From Pristiophorus japonicus (lineage: Eukaryota), in NCBI RefSeq assembly GCF_044704955.1, contig NC_091995.1, forward strand, positions 16,058,001 to 16,122,000: a stretch of DNA of 64,000 nt, written 5' to 3'. The notes under the pieces are model-generated. The model did no database searches. It was not told where the DNA came from and saw only the letters and a list, made by a program, of their open reading frames with translations. Both the position numbers and the translations under genes were made by a program. Of the stretch, positions 1-12,480 are shown piece after piece; position 1 is the first letter of the stretch; each line of letters starts with the position of its first letter.

Positions 1-155
1 ACCTTCATGTCATGTCTCCCATATGGATAATAGCCTGCTGAATATGATACCAAACAAATCCTTGCAGGCTGAGGAACATTATCCCTACATCATTCATACA
101 TTCAGAAGATGGAAATATTTGATCAGATATACGTGAAGATAACTAAAATACAAAC

Positions 156-275
156 CTTTATTTCCCCATATCAGTCGAAATGTCAGAAATATGATTAAGA
201 CAGCTATCAAGGCCAGTGCGACCAGCAAAACCGGTGTTATATCGGTCTTCGCATTCTTTGGTACCTTTGTGCGGC
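156..275 (-). CDS. Gene A stalk/transmembrane exon (C)RTKVPKNAKTDITPVLLVALALIAVLIIFLTFRLIWGNK(G)
   Basis: Acceptor TCTGTTTATTTCAG, donor AAG|GTTTGT, 120 nt, phase 1-1, about 21 hydrophobic residues. Same length as the gene B TM exon, sharing the RTK start and ALAL core. Not in the ORF track. Confidence 0.85.
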
Positions 276-3200
276 CTGAAATAAACAGACTGAAGTCAGA
301 GTATTTTCATTGATATCGAAACGTAAGATAAATTATCAAAAGGAAACAGTTTCTATACTGAGTAAAAATGTTCACTTCTCAGTGGAACCAGAAGGTTTTG
401 TACACCTGCCAGACCTGTGTCATACCGGCAAAACCTCACCCTCACCGCCGTCCTTCCAGACGCTGATTTGCCCTCTGCATCAACGGCGCCACCTCCTTCA
501 AAGGTAATGGGGGAGGCAGCTAAGACCATTGTTCAAGTACAGACTTTCAAAGTCTCAGCAGAAAGAAGAAGCTGCTCCTCAAATTAGCATCGGCCTAAAT
601 TGGAACACCACTAAAAGATACTGAATTCAAAGTGGGTAGGAGACCGGGACTGTAAGTTGAGCGACGTGGAGCTCAAGATCATATTTTCAGAAAGAATGAA
701 GATGTCTCAGAAAGCAGTCACCCAATCTGCATGTTGGTCTCTGCAGTGCAGAAGGGACCACACCGTATATAGTAAATACTGGGCTAGTTTTCTCTGCTCC
801 TAAGCCTGGGGCTATCAGATCACCTGGGAACAATCAATCGAGGGGAGAGCATCCCACAAAACATCCCGGAGGAATTTACATCCATTGGCGTATGACCTGG
901 TAATCTCCCTTGCCGGCATGCACTCTTCCCCATCGGATTTTCTATACTCACCAGGAGTCATATCAACCTCGATTGAGATAGTAAAATGGGCGATATCGAA
1001 ATTTGCGCAAAATATTAATAGGCTGTGTCTGATCTTCCTTTCCATTGACTGTAATTGAAAGGAGAATCACGTGTTGTGTGTCGTGGGCGGCTGGTTCGAT
1101 ATCGCCCATTTTACAATCTCGCCCAAAGTTCAAAGTAGCTAAGAATATCCAACTCACCCTGTTGCACCAACAGAAATGTCGACCCTACAGTACTGTAGAT
1201 CGGGCGAGGTAATGCCATGGTTGTCCAACAGTGTTTGCGTATCTGGGCAATGAGTAAGCAGCTGTTACATCTACTGCTGCACGAAGTTAGTTAGGAGGAA
1301 CCTTTTTGCAGAACTTAAAAGTAGAAGGAAGGAATTCTTGGTGTTGGGATCATGTTGTAGGTGCAAGAAATGTCATGGGCTAATCTTGTCAATGCGGAGG
1401 TTGATGGTATGGAAGGTCACTCAAGTAGTGAAAGGAGGAATCAGGGATGATAGCAGAACAATGAAAAAGAGGGTCGGCGTTAAGCCTCTCGGTAAGAACT
1501 GAGACAACAGAAAAATATTAGTCCAGAGTGGGGTGGATGAGAATTCGAAAGGGGATTGTAGAAACATAAACAGCAAATGTCTTTGTGATAGTTTAGTTTA
1601 GGACGAAGAGATCAAGAGCAGGCAAAACCGCAGAGAAAGATGTATAGGAGAATGGAGAAAAAAGATCATCCTGTTCAAAAGTAAGACAGCAGCAAAGATA
1701 TCTCAGCATGAAGTCCAGCTTGGAATTCACTGAAGTGGATCAGGGTCAGAAAGGGTAACGTCAAAGGGAAGGGTCAAAACCTGGGAGCAGATGTCTTACT
1801 AAAGTGAAATTAAAAGGAAAGATCTGCTTGAAGAAAGTGAAGGGGAAGTGAGATGAGGGTGTGTGCCAATACCGAGAGCTGCATCGATTTCTTGTATTTC
1901 CCACCAGGCAACAGAGAGGGTTGATGAGGGCAATACAGTTGATGTAGTGCATTTGGACTTCTAAAGGGCGTTTGATAAAGTGCTACATTATAGGCTTTCT
2001 AGCAAAGTTGATGCCCATGGAATAAATGGGACTGTGGTAGCTTGGATATGAAATTGGCTAAGTGACATGAAGCAGAGTCGTGCTGAATGGTTGTTCTCGG
2101 ACTGGAGAAAGGAATACAGTGGTGTTCGCCAGGGAGCGGTACTCGGACCACTGCTGTTCTTGATATATTAATGATTTGGACTTAGAGGTACATTGCGTTA
2201 CTTCAAAATTTTAAGATGACACAACACTTGGAAGTATAGTGAACAGTGAGGAGGATAGGAGTAGACTTCAAGAAGGCATAGATAGGCTGGTGGAATGGGC
2301 GGACACATGGCAATGAAGTTTTAGCCATAAAAGTGCGACGTGTTACATTTTGGTAGGAAGAACCAGGAGAGGCAATATCAACTAAAGGGCACAATTTTAA
2401 TAGAGAATAGAGAGATCCAGGTGGCAGGAGAGGCTGAGAAAACAGTAAAAAAAAACGTATAGGATCCTGGGCTTTGTGAATAGATGCACAGAGGTCAAGA
2501 GCAGATCTGCCATGATCTTAATGAATGGCGGAGCAAGGTCGAGGGGCCAAATGGCCTACTCCTGCTTCTATTTCTTATGTTCTTATGTATAACAAAGTAG
2601 TTATGATGAACTTGTATAAAACACTGGTTCGGCCTCAACTGAAATATTGTACAATACTGGACAACGCACTTTAGAAAGACTTTGGAGAGGGCGCAGAATA
2701 GATTCACAAGAATGGTTCTAGAGATGAGGGACATCAGTCACGTGGATAGACTGGAGAAGCTATGGTTGTTCTCCTTAGAGCAAAGAAGGTTGAGATGAGT
2801 TTTGATAGATATGTTCAAAATCATGAGAGGTCTAGACAAAGTAGGGAGAGAGAAACTTTTACCATTGGTGGAAGGGCTGAGAACCAGAGGACACAGATTT
2901 AAGGTGCTTAGCAAAAGATCCAAAGGTGACATGAGGAAAAACATTTTTACGCGGCAAGTGGTTATGATCTGGAATGCACTGCCTCAAAGCGTATTGTTGG
3001 CAGATTCATTCGTGGCTTTCAAATGGGAATTTGATAAGTACTGGAAAGCAGGATAATGAAGGGCTACGGGGAAAGGATGGGGGAGTGGGACTAGCTGAGG
3101 TGCTCTTGCAGAGTGCCAGCACGAGCTCGATGTGCCGAATGGCCTATTTCTGTGCTGTAACCATTCTATGATTCTGTGCTTAACGTCTGTGTGCTTGAAA

Positions 3201-4938
3201 TGCTTCTCCATTCGCTTCTTTTTCTTCAATGTTATTAAACAACTTGATCATCATTCGGTTTTCAGTGTCTACACTGTCCTTCCTCCTTGCAGATGCTGAC
3301 AGACCTCCTGGGTGATGCAGCATTTATGGTGTGTTTTTTTTAATTTGATGAGACAATTGCTTGTTAATATTAACCATACAGCTGCATAAAATAAAGTGAC
3401 AATTATAACAATTTGACACTGGAAAACAAATTAACATGTGACCCCAAACCTGAGTAAAATCACGAAAAATGTTCTATAAATCATTATTTTCAATTGGTAC
3501 TTACATTTAATTTCTAGTGTGTTGCCATTGTCGACACCAGGCCACTCTCCTACTATGTTACAGTAATAGGTCTCTGAGTCTCGCTCCGTCAAGCCAAGGA
3601 TGTTACTGCAAACTCTTTCATTGCCAAACGCCTCCAGGTCTGCTTTCTGCAAGCGCCCTTTATACGTCGAGTGGTTGTCCAGATTTTCGCCAGCTGGTTG
3701 ACCTTTTGTCCATTGTGTTAAGTTGAATATTGAACGTTTTTTCTCAGAATGCAAGGTGCAATTCAATGTTACTGACTGGCTCTCTGTTGCAGTTACAAAG
3801 GGAGAGAACACAAAAATGGCACCATGACTCTGATTGTTAATTCTAAATTCCGTCAAATCTGTAATTTATACCAGTCAATTAGATATATCTGTCAAATGGA
3901 TAATGGGGAAAGGAGATCCTTCTCGTCTCCATTTCTCACGTTACAGATAAATATTAGTGAATTATATATTATATATTCATAATCATCATCTTCATCATAG
4001 GCAGTCCCTCGAAGCGAGGGTGACTTGCTTCCACGCCAAAAAGGGATGAGTTCACAGGTGTTTCAAGAAGGACCTAATATTAGAGATCCGGAACTACATC
4101 GTGAAGGGTGGAAGATGCCTGTACTTGGATTTTTTTAACGTGTGGTGGCCGTTGCACACCAGCCACTACATAGGCTTGACAGAGCTAGGTCTTGGTCCAG
4201 TGGCAAGGATTACCCAAGACTAATTGGAGACCAACTCTGCTGCACAGATGGAGCGTGCACACGCAGTGCGGGCTGGTCCCTCGCCTCTTCTGGGCCCCAG
4301 ATTTACGCCTCGCCTAGGCTCCGGTCACTTCCCTCTACGATCTCTTGCCGCTCCTTTGCCCCTCCTGCAGTGCTTGCCTGCACTGCAATCAACGACCTGG
4401 CTTCGTAGCCGTCGCCCTCTTGCAGCAAATATATATATATATATATATTTGGATTCCTCTTCCCCAGAGAGGGGTGGAGGCTGGGTCATTGAAACATAGA
4501 AACATTGAAGATAGGAGCAGTAGTAGGCCATTCGGCCCTTCGTGTTTGCACCGCCATTCAATATGATCATGGCTGATCCTCTATCTCAACACCATATTCC
4601 TGCTTTTTCCCCATACCCCTTGATGTCTTTTGTGTCTAGAAATCTATCTATCTCCCTCTTAAATATATTCAGCTACTTGGCTACCACAGCCTTCTGTGGA
4701 AGAGAATTCCACAGGTTCACCACCCTCTAAGTGAAAACATTTCTCCTCATCTTGAATTTATTTAAGGTGGAGATAAACAGATGTTTCAATGATAAGGGAG
4801 TCAAGGGTTATGGGGAGCAGGCAGGCAAGTGGAGTTTAGGCCAAGATCAGAGCAGCCATGATCTGATTGAACGGTGGAGCAGGTTCTAAGGGCTAAATGG
4901 CCTACTCTTGCTCCTATTTCTTATGTTCTTATGTATTC

Positions 4939-4974
<36 letters not shown>

Positions 4975-4979
4975 GTGTC

Positions 4980-5011
<32 letters not shown>

Positions 5012-8000
5012 CTACTCTAACAATCATCTATTATGTATTCAAATTTGGTTCTTCACTGCCTGTCATGTTCAGGTTCCCTGGCGCACATTTCACGAAATTC
5101 TGTATCATTAGCATGTTATGTTCCATCATTTAATTGACTCAAAGAGTTTATCCCTATCTGTTGAATCCGAGTGCTGCTGGAGCAGAAATTTCGCACCTTT
5201 CCTTCAAAGTGTCACATTTGGTTAGCAAAACAGAACAATCTTACTAAATAATTTTACTTTGAAATGGGCCATGGATTGCCCTAACATACCAATTTAGTGG
5301 ATATGGCTAATCTGATCGCTAGAATCATAGAATGATACAGCATAGCAGGACGACATTCGGCCCCTCGTTCCTTTGCAGGCTCTTTGAAATAGTTATCCAA
5401 TTGGCCCCACTTCCCTCCTCTTTCCCCATAGATCTGCAAATTTCTCCAGATCATGTAATTATCCAATTTCCTTTTGAAAGTTAATCTTGTATCAATTTGC
5501 ACCATCCTTTTATTCCATGCATTCCAGATCATAGTAACTCGCTCCTTAAAAAAATAATTCTCCTTATTTACTTTCTCAAAACCCCTCATAATTTTGAATA
5601 GCTCTGTTAAATCGCCTTTTGACCTTCTCTGCCCGAAGGAGACTAATTCCGGCTTCTCTAATCACTCCACATAACTGAGGTCCCTGTCCCATTACTCCTC
5701 AGGGATAATAGAGTAGATGTCCTAAAGAAGCTGAAGTGATACATGCAGTTCTTGGCACTAAAAATGAGCTCCAGGCTACCCTTAAACAACATCATCAAAC
5801 AGTCTCTAATCAGTAAGCATCCTGCTCAGAATAAATAATTACAGGCTGGTTCACTTGTGATTCTGCGTACTGCCCGCAACAAGGAAATGGTCTGGATCTA
5901 GCCACAGAATGGAACGTATTCCATTGGATAATTAGATACAATTTACTTATATAGTTGATTTATGTGACAAATTATAAATAATTATACCTCTTATGCTCCA
6001 TTATAGAGTAGAAAAGCAAGGAAGTTATGATGAAGCTTTATAAATCATTGTTTCGGCCCCAACTGGACTTTTGTATCCAATTCTGGGCACCGCACTTTAG
6101 GAAGGATCTGAAGGCTTTAGAGAGTGTGCAGAAAAGATTTACAAGAATGGTTCGAGGGATGTGGGACTTCAGTTATGTGGATAGGATGGAGAAGCTGGGG
6201 CTGTTCTCCTCAGAGCAGAGGAAATTTGATCGAGGTGTTCAAAATCTTGAGGGGTCTAGACAGAGTAGATACAGAAAAACTGTTCCCATTGGTGAACGGC
6301 TTGAGAACCAGAGGACAAAGATTTAAGGTGATTGGCAGAAGGTCCAAAGGCGACATGTGAATAAATCTGTTATACAGTGAGTGGTTAAGATCTGGAATGC
6401 AAGGCCTGAAAGGGAGGTGAAGGCTGATTCAACCATGGCTTTCAAAGGGGGTTAGATAATTATATGAAACAAACAAATTTTAGGGCTATAGGAAAAGACG
6501 GGGGTGTGGGACTAATGGAGTGCTCTTGCAGAGAGCTGGCATTGGCTTGTCGGGCCTAATGGCCTCCTTCTGTGTTGTAACCGTTCTATAATTTTATGCT
6601 CATCTACCTCCCAGGATTGACTGAGTGTTGATATCAAGATTCGTCACATTTTCAGCCTGTCATACTCATTCTTTCACCAGGAATTAAAACTGTGATATTC
6701 CGTACCTTCCAAGGGTTTTCCCTTCCTCCTTCAATTAACGGAGTGCCACAATCCCAGCTCGGCATCACCAAATCATTAGAAATTGATTTATCTTGTCATC
6801 TCTCCTAACCCACGCTCTCTCATGATGTTCTTTACAGTAGAGGATATTCATAATATTCCAACAGTGGATAGTCAAGGGGCTATAGGGAGGGAGGAACTTA
6901 ACAATCACTAAGGAGGTGGTACTCAGTAAGATAATGATATTAAAGGCGGATAAATCCCCTCGGTCTGATGGCTTACATCCTAGGGTCTTAAGAGAAGTAG
7001 CAACAGGGATAGTGGATGCATTGGTTGTAATTTACCAAAATTCCCTGGATTCTGGGGAAGTCCCAGAAGATTGGAAAACTGCAAATGTAACACTCCTATT
7101 TAAAAAAGGAGGCAGGCAAAAAGCAGGAAACTACAGACCAGTTAGCCTAACATCTGTGGTTGTGAAGATGTTGGAGTCCATTATTAAAGAAGCAGTAGCA
7201 GGACATTTGGAAAAGCAAAATTCGGTCAGGCAGAGTCAGCATGGATTTATGAAGGGGACGTCATGTTTAACAAATTCGCTAGAATTCTTTCAGGATGTAA
7301 CGAACAGGATGTATAAAGGGGAACAAGTGGATGTGGTATATTTGGCCTTCCAGAAGGTATTTGATAAAGTGCCACATAAAAGGTTACTGCACAAGATAAA
7401 AGTTCACGGGGTTGGGGGTAATATATTAGCATAGATAGAGGATTTGCTATCGAACAGAAAACAGAGAGCAGGGATAAATGGTTCATTCTCGGGTTGGCAA
7501 TCGGTAACCAGTGGCTGCTGCAGGAACCAGTGCTGGGACCCCAAATATTTACAATCTATATTAACGACTTGGGGGAAGGGACTGAGTGTAATGTAGCCAA
7601 GTTTGCCGATGATACAAAGATGGGAGGAAAAGCAATCTGTGAGGAGAACAGGAAAATCTTCAATAGACATAAACAGGCAAAATGAGTGGGCAAACTATTG
7701 GCAGATGGATTATAATGTTGGAAAGTGTGAGATCATGCACTTTGGCAGGAAAAATCAAAGAATAAGTTATTATTTAAATGGAGAAAAATTGCAAAGTGTT
7801 GCACTACAGCGGGACCTGGGGGTAATTGTGCATGAAGCACAAAAGGTTAGTAAGCAGGTACAGCAAGTGATCAGGAAGGCCATGGGATCGTGGCCTTTAT
7901 TGCGAAGGGGATGGAGTATAAAAGCAGGGAAATCATGCTACAGTTGTACAAGGTATTGGTGAGGCCACACCTGGAATACTGTATGCAGTTTTGGTTTCCA

Positions 8001-11000
8001 TAATTTACGAAAGGATATACTTGCTTTGGAGGCAGTTCAGAGAAGGTTCACAAGGTTTATTCCAGAGATGAGGGGGTTGACTTATGAGGAAAGGTTGAGT
8101 AGGTTGAGCCTCTACTCATTGGAGTTCATAAGAATGAGAGGTGATCTTATCGAAACGTATAAGATTATGAGGGGGCTTGACAAGGTGGATGCAGCGAGGA
8201 TGTTTCCACTGATAGGGGAGACCAAACTAGATGCATAATCTTAGAATAAGGAGCCTCCCATTTAAAACTGAGATGAAGAGAAATTTATTCTCTCAGAGGG
8301 TTGTAAATCTGTCGAATTAGCTGCATCAGAGAGCTGTGGAAGCTGGGACATTGAATAAATTTAAGACAGAATAGACAGTTTCTTAAACGATAAGGGAATA
8401 AGGGGTTATGGAGAGCGGGCAGAGAAGTGGACCTGAGTCTATGATCGGACCAGCCATGATCGTATTAAATGGTGGAGCAGGCTCGATGGGCCTACTCCTG
8501 CTCCTATTTCTTATGTTCTTATATTCTTATGTTGTTATGTTCTGCAATAGAGCCTTACAGATCTCAAACAACTTTCTGATTCTCCAGTAATTAGAGGTGG
8601 GGGTATTATTTCCAAGATTTGCGAACAGCTTTTGCACTGGCAGCGCTCCTCATTCTAGCCAGTAGAGCAATAATATGGCCACTGTAAGAAGGAACTTCTG
8701 AAGTATCTAACACTTGAATGACAGGTTACCGCGTAGGGACCTTTGGCAATGATTTGTCCCCTGGTCTCTGTGCTCATAAGTTTTATAATGTTGCTAGAAA
8801 TTTGATCTCTGAATGTCTTTTGGAACTGTTTACCACAGAATATAAATAAATCTATAAATGCATGCCACAGACGCTAATTCATAGAATCACAGAATAGTTA
8901 CAGCACAGTAGGAGGCCATTCGGCCCGTCGAGCCCATGCCGGCAAGAGCACCTCAGCTAGTTCCACTCCCCACCCTTTCCCGTAGCCCTTTAAAAAAATT
9001 CTTTCAGTTACTTATACGATTCCCTTTTGAAAGCAGTGATTGAGTCTGCATCCACCACCCTCTCAAGCAGTGTATTCCAGATCATAACCACGCACTATGT
9101 AAAAACGTTTTTTCACACGTCGCCTTTGGTCCTTTTGCCAATCACCGTAAATCTGTGTCCACTGGTTCTCGAATCTTCCGCCAATGCAAACAGTTTCTCT
9201 CTATCTACATTTTCTAGACCCTTCATGATTTTGAACACCTCTATCAAATCTCCTCTCAATCTTCTCTGCGCTAAGGAGAACAACCCCTGCTTCTCCAATT
9301 TATCCACGTAACTAAAGTCCCTCTTTCCTGGAATCATTCCCATAACTCTTTTCTGCACCTTTTCTAAGGCCTCCACGTCCTTCCTAAAATGTGGTGCCCA
9401 CAATTGGACGCAGAACTCCAGTTGAGGCAGGATCAGTGTTTTACACAGTTCGTCATAATTTCGACATTTTTGTAACCTTTACTTCGATTCATGAAGTCCA
9501 GCATCCGTAAAGCGTTTTTTAACTCCTTTCTCAACCTGCTCTGCCACGTTCAACAATGTGTGCACATATACCCCCAGGTCTCTCTGTTCATGCACACACT
9601 GGGATTGTTTACTTTATTTTATATTTCCTTTCCTCATTCTTTCTACCAAAATGTATCACTTCGCAGTTTTCTGCTTTAAATTTAATCTGCCACGTGTCGG
9701 TTCATTCCACCAGCGTTTTAATGTCGTCTTCAAGTCTATCACTATCCACCTCACGTTCACTATTCTACCAAGTTTTGTTTCATCTGCAAATTTTGAAATT
9801 GTGCCCTGTACACCCACATCCAAGTCATTAATATATATATAAAGCAAAGCAGTGATCCTAGAACCGATCCCTGAGAAACACCACAGTATACCTTCCTCCA
9901 GTCCGAAAACAACTGTTTTGGATTAATTAATTGTGGATGTGTTCTTTTGTATACATCTACTCGACTTTCTGCGCCGGTACTTTTAGTATTATTATAAGGT
10001 ACATATCCTGGGTTATATTTCCACGCTCATTAGCAGAATGGAGATGTTTTCTCGTGCCCTACAACTGTCTGAAACTACAGGTGAAGGATTCATACCCCAC
10101 ACATCATACGTGAATAGGATGGAGACTGAACGGTTCAAAGCTGAACCTCTAACGCATATCTATAGAATAAACCCATCAGACTTATTATTCGGATGCTATT
10201 GTCGAATCACAAAACTGTGGGCCTTTCTCTATTTAAGCAGTAAATACAGGACCCTTTGAGTAGAAGTTTCAATGCGGCTTCGCATCGCGTGAGGCATTGA
10301 AACAGTGAATGGCTTATCTGGAAATGGCAGCTGTATTGCACACGATATTCCTAGCATGAATGTCAATGGACAGAAAATCAATGGGTAATATTCGCGCGAT
10401 TTCCTGCAAGCCACTGCGTCAGCACCAGACCCAGAAAGTGGCGCTAGAAAAATATTCGCTCGGATTTCCAAAGTAAATGTAGGAGTGGAAGGTTCTGCTA
10501 GCGCTTCAGTGTTCAGGCTTATCCTTTTCCAAAACAGAATTAATCATACCTGGAGATCTGCATTGAGGATTTATTTTGGATATTTTCTGCGTTGACATTT
10601 TGCTGGACCTGAAATCGACTTAAGGCGATTCTGATTAAATCTACACCTGCATTAATGGCACTCGCTTACCGTCAGAAAAATTGAACCTTCGGTAGATTTT
10701 TTTGCCCCATCTATTTCGCATTCAGTGCCCGCTTCACCTGGCACTCTCTATCGGTGTTTGGTTTAATTTGCGGAGTGGGTAGGAGTCAATATAGCACAAA
10801 TTACGCCTTATCTGTATGGATTAATTAGAGAGTTCTAAACATATTCCACCGCACACGATTATTTTAAAACGTTCGATATTAATAATGACACTTGTGCAAC
10901 ATGCATCTTCAATACAATTAAATTACCAATCGACAGAGGACATATTGCCATTGAGGAATGGTACAGGATGTCATTTCTGATACTGACATTAATGTCCACA

Positions 11001-11323
11001 GATGAAGCACATCTCAGAAGCGATCAAGTCAAATATTTCTATGTCGGCATTATATATTCAATTAGGGTTCAACTTGAAGTTTTGGAGGAAATGGCAACCA
11101 TTAGTGCCAACGCAATTTATTGACAGAATCGTCTTAACATCAACATAGAAGACTGCAAATAATTCCCAATTGCTTAAAACCTTCAATTGAAAGTGGTGCG
11201 CCTTATCGCTGCATTGTACAATTACAACCGAAGAGAATAAATTAACTCACCGGTGCATAGTGCAAAGGGAATCAGTTGCATAAAGGCAATTCGCTGGATG
11301 AATTGCATCTTCTCTGTACACAT
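156..11323 (-). CDS. Gene A: NKp30/NCR3-like single V-J Ig-domain type I membrane receptor; spliced, 3'-partial (cytoplasmic exons lie left of the window)
   Basis: Three exons join in phase 1 with GT-AG introns and no stop: leader 11251-11308 (or 11323), V domain 3505-3858, stalk/TM 156-275. Exon sizes and phases mirror gene B (58/354/120 nt vs 58/342/120 nt). Confidence 0.85.
620..790 (-). mobile_element. Penelope-like element fragment
   Basis: Similar to 43120-43395 (GTCACCCAATCTGCAT...GGTCTC...ACCACA), the GIY-YIG part of the Penelope copy in this window. Confidence 0.5.
975..1120. repeat. 26-bp inverted repeat (hairpin), probably part of a MITE-like element
   Basis: GAGATAGTAAAATGGGCGATATCGAA (975-1000) vs TTCGATATCGCCCATTTTACAATCTC (1095-1120): one mismatch, 94-nt spacer. 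Confidence 0.75.
1915..3178 (+). mobile_element. CR1-clade LINE, 5'-truncated and degenerate (RT 3' half plus 3'UTR)
   Basis: Decayed DFxKAFDKV and GSVLGP motifs, ORF 2802-3056 (FKIMRGLD...RTRGH), ATTCTATG-type tail. A short second LINE/SINE 3' end is inserted near 2495-2590. Confidence 0.85.
3505..3858 (-). CDS. Gene A Ig V-set exon (NKp30-like, V and J-like strand in one exon)
   Basis: Lies inside ORF 3431-3856. Shows VTLNC...W...YKGRL...LTERDSETYYC...NGNTLEIK. Acceptor TAAATTACAG, donor T|GTAAGT, 354 nt, phase 1-1. Confidence 0.92.
3980..4426 (-). mobile_element. Retroposon 3' fragment with (GAT)n tail, RTE-like
   Basis: Minus strand ends GAGGGACTGCCTATGATGAAGATGATG. Clade assignment is from recollection only. 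Confidence 0.4.
4490..4935. mobile_element. Two CR1 3'-end fragments in opposite orientation
   Basis: CR1 3'UTR motifs (AATGGCCTACTC, TTCTTATG/TTCTATG tails) on minus at 4490-4750 and on plus at 4755-4935. Confidence 0.75.
4938..5010. repeat. Compound microsatellite (TA)n(TG)n
   Basis: Directly visible dinucleotide runs. Confidence 0.95.
5325..5690 (-). mobile_element. CR1 LINE 3' fragment
   Basis: ORF 5281-5589 resembles the CR1 ORF2 C-terminus; ATTCTATG tail. Confidence 0.75.
6000..6600 (+). mobile_element. CR1 LINE 3' fragment
   Basis: LYKSLFRPQLDFCIQFWAP...VQKRFTRM motifs, 3'UTR and tail. Confidence 0.85.
6826..8535 (+). mobile_element. CR1 LINE, 5'-truncated, RT domain with frameshifts and stops
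   Basis: KSPRSDGLHPRVL, NYRPVSLTS, QHGF, FDKVPH and KFADD motifs across broken ORFs; TTCTTATG tail. Confidence 0.92.
8878..9915 (-). mobile_element. CR1 LINE 3' fragment
   Basis: YINDLD...SKFADE and WAPHFRKD...[12 protein letters not shown] on minus. Confidence 0.88.
11251..11323 (-). CDS. Gene A signal-peptide exon (MCTEK)MQFIQRIAFMQLIPFALCT
   Basis: In-frame ATGs at 11323 and 11308; donor ACCG|GTGAGT, phase 1. Clearly homologous to the gene B leader [19 protein letters not shown]. Confidence 0.85.
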
Positions 11324-11400
11324 GGTAAAGTTATGTAGGATGTGATACAACCTCCAGATGGACAGTCTCAATATAATAACTGGGCGTGAATGGAAAAATT

Positions 11401-11434
11401 TGTGGTCTTTCTATTTAGGTACATGGAGTTCCTG
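11401..11434 (-). promoter_or_regulatory. Putative proximal promoter of gene A: RUNX site (TGTGGTC) and ETS-like CAGGAA
   Basis: TTTGTGGTCTTT lies about 90 bp upstream of the ATG, and the same 12-mer lies about 80 bp upstream of the gene B ATG. Confidence 0.45.
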
Positions 11435-11749
11435 TTATTGTTCGATGTGAAGGCAACATTTCAAAGCTTAGGGTGGCCAGTAAAAAAATAATCTCCAATG
11501 CCGATTAAAATATGTTTCAAGGCAAACCTCGTTATTGCTTATTTTGCAGTTCAGAGAGGAGACGGATGGTTTGAATGCAAATTATGTCCTTATCAACATA
11601 TAATCAAATAAATTGTGCACTGTTGATGTATGCTGACGGCGAATATCAGAAAAATCGATCACACTCTCGTTTTAATGGATGGGAAGCCACACATTCTGAT
11701 CGTGCTGAATTTCGCTGCATAAGTTCCAGGCGGGCTACAGGAGCCTGCT

Positions 11750-12480
11750 TTTTAATTATTTATCCCTGTGATGTAGGTGTCGCTGGCAAGGCCTAGCATT
11801 TATTTCCCCTCCCTAATTGCCTTAGAGAAGGTGGTGCTGAGCGACCTTCTTGAACCACTGCAGTCCGTGTGATGAAAGTGCTTCCACAGTACTGTTAGGG
11901 AGGGAGTTCCAGGATTTTGACCCAGTGACTATGAAAGAACTGCAGGTCAGGATGGTGTGTGACTTGGAGGGAAACTTGGATGTGATGGTGTTCCAATGTG
12001 CCTGCTTCCCTTATCCTTCATAAAAACATGGGAAGATAAGAATTCGGAGCAGGAATAGGCCATATGGTCCGATCGAGCCTGGTCCATCATTCAATAAGAT
12101 CTTCAACCACAACTCCAATTCCCACTCTTATCCCTATATTGCTTAGAGTCCAAAAGTCAATCTATCTCAACCTTGCATATACTCAACGACTGTACATCAA
12201 CAGCCCTCTGGGGCAAAGAATTCCAAAGATTCACAGCTGTTTGAGTGCAGAAATTCTTCCTTGTTTCATTCTTAAAGGCTGACCCCTTATCCTGAGACTA
12301 TGCCCCCGAGTTCTAGACTCAGCATCCATGGGAAACAATTTATCAACATCTATCCTGTCAATCCACCTCAGAATCTTATATGTATCAATTAAATTTCCTC
12401 TCATTCTTCTAAATGCCGAAGAGTATAGGCCTAGGCTACATTCCAGATGATAGAGGTCGCACCAATGAAATCTTTGCTCA
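11750..12480 (-). mobile_element. LINE 3' fragments (second CR1-like family at 11750-12020; CR1 at 12020-12480)
   Basis: The GCTGGCAAGGCC...CCCTAATTGCC...GAGAAGGTGGTG motif recurs near 14100, 14590, 27220 and (reversed) 52290. RMRGNLIDTYKI motif in ORF 12231-12503. Confidence 0.7.
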
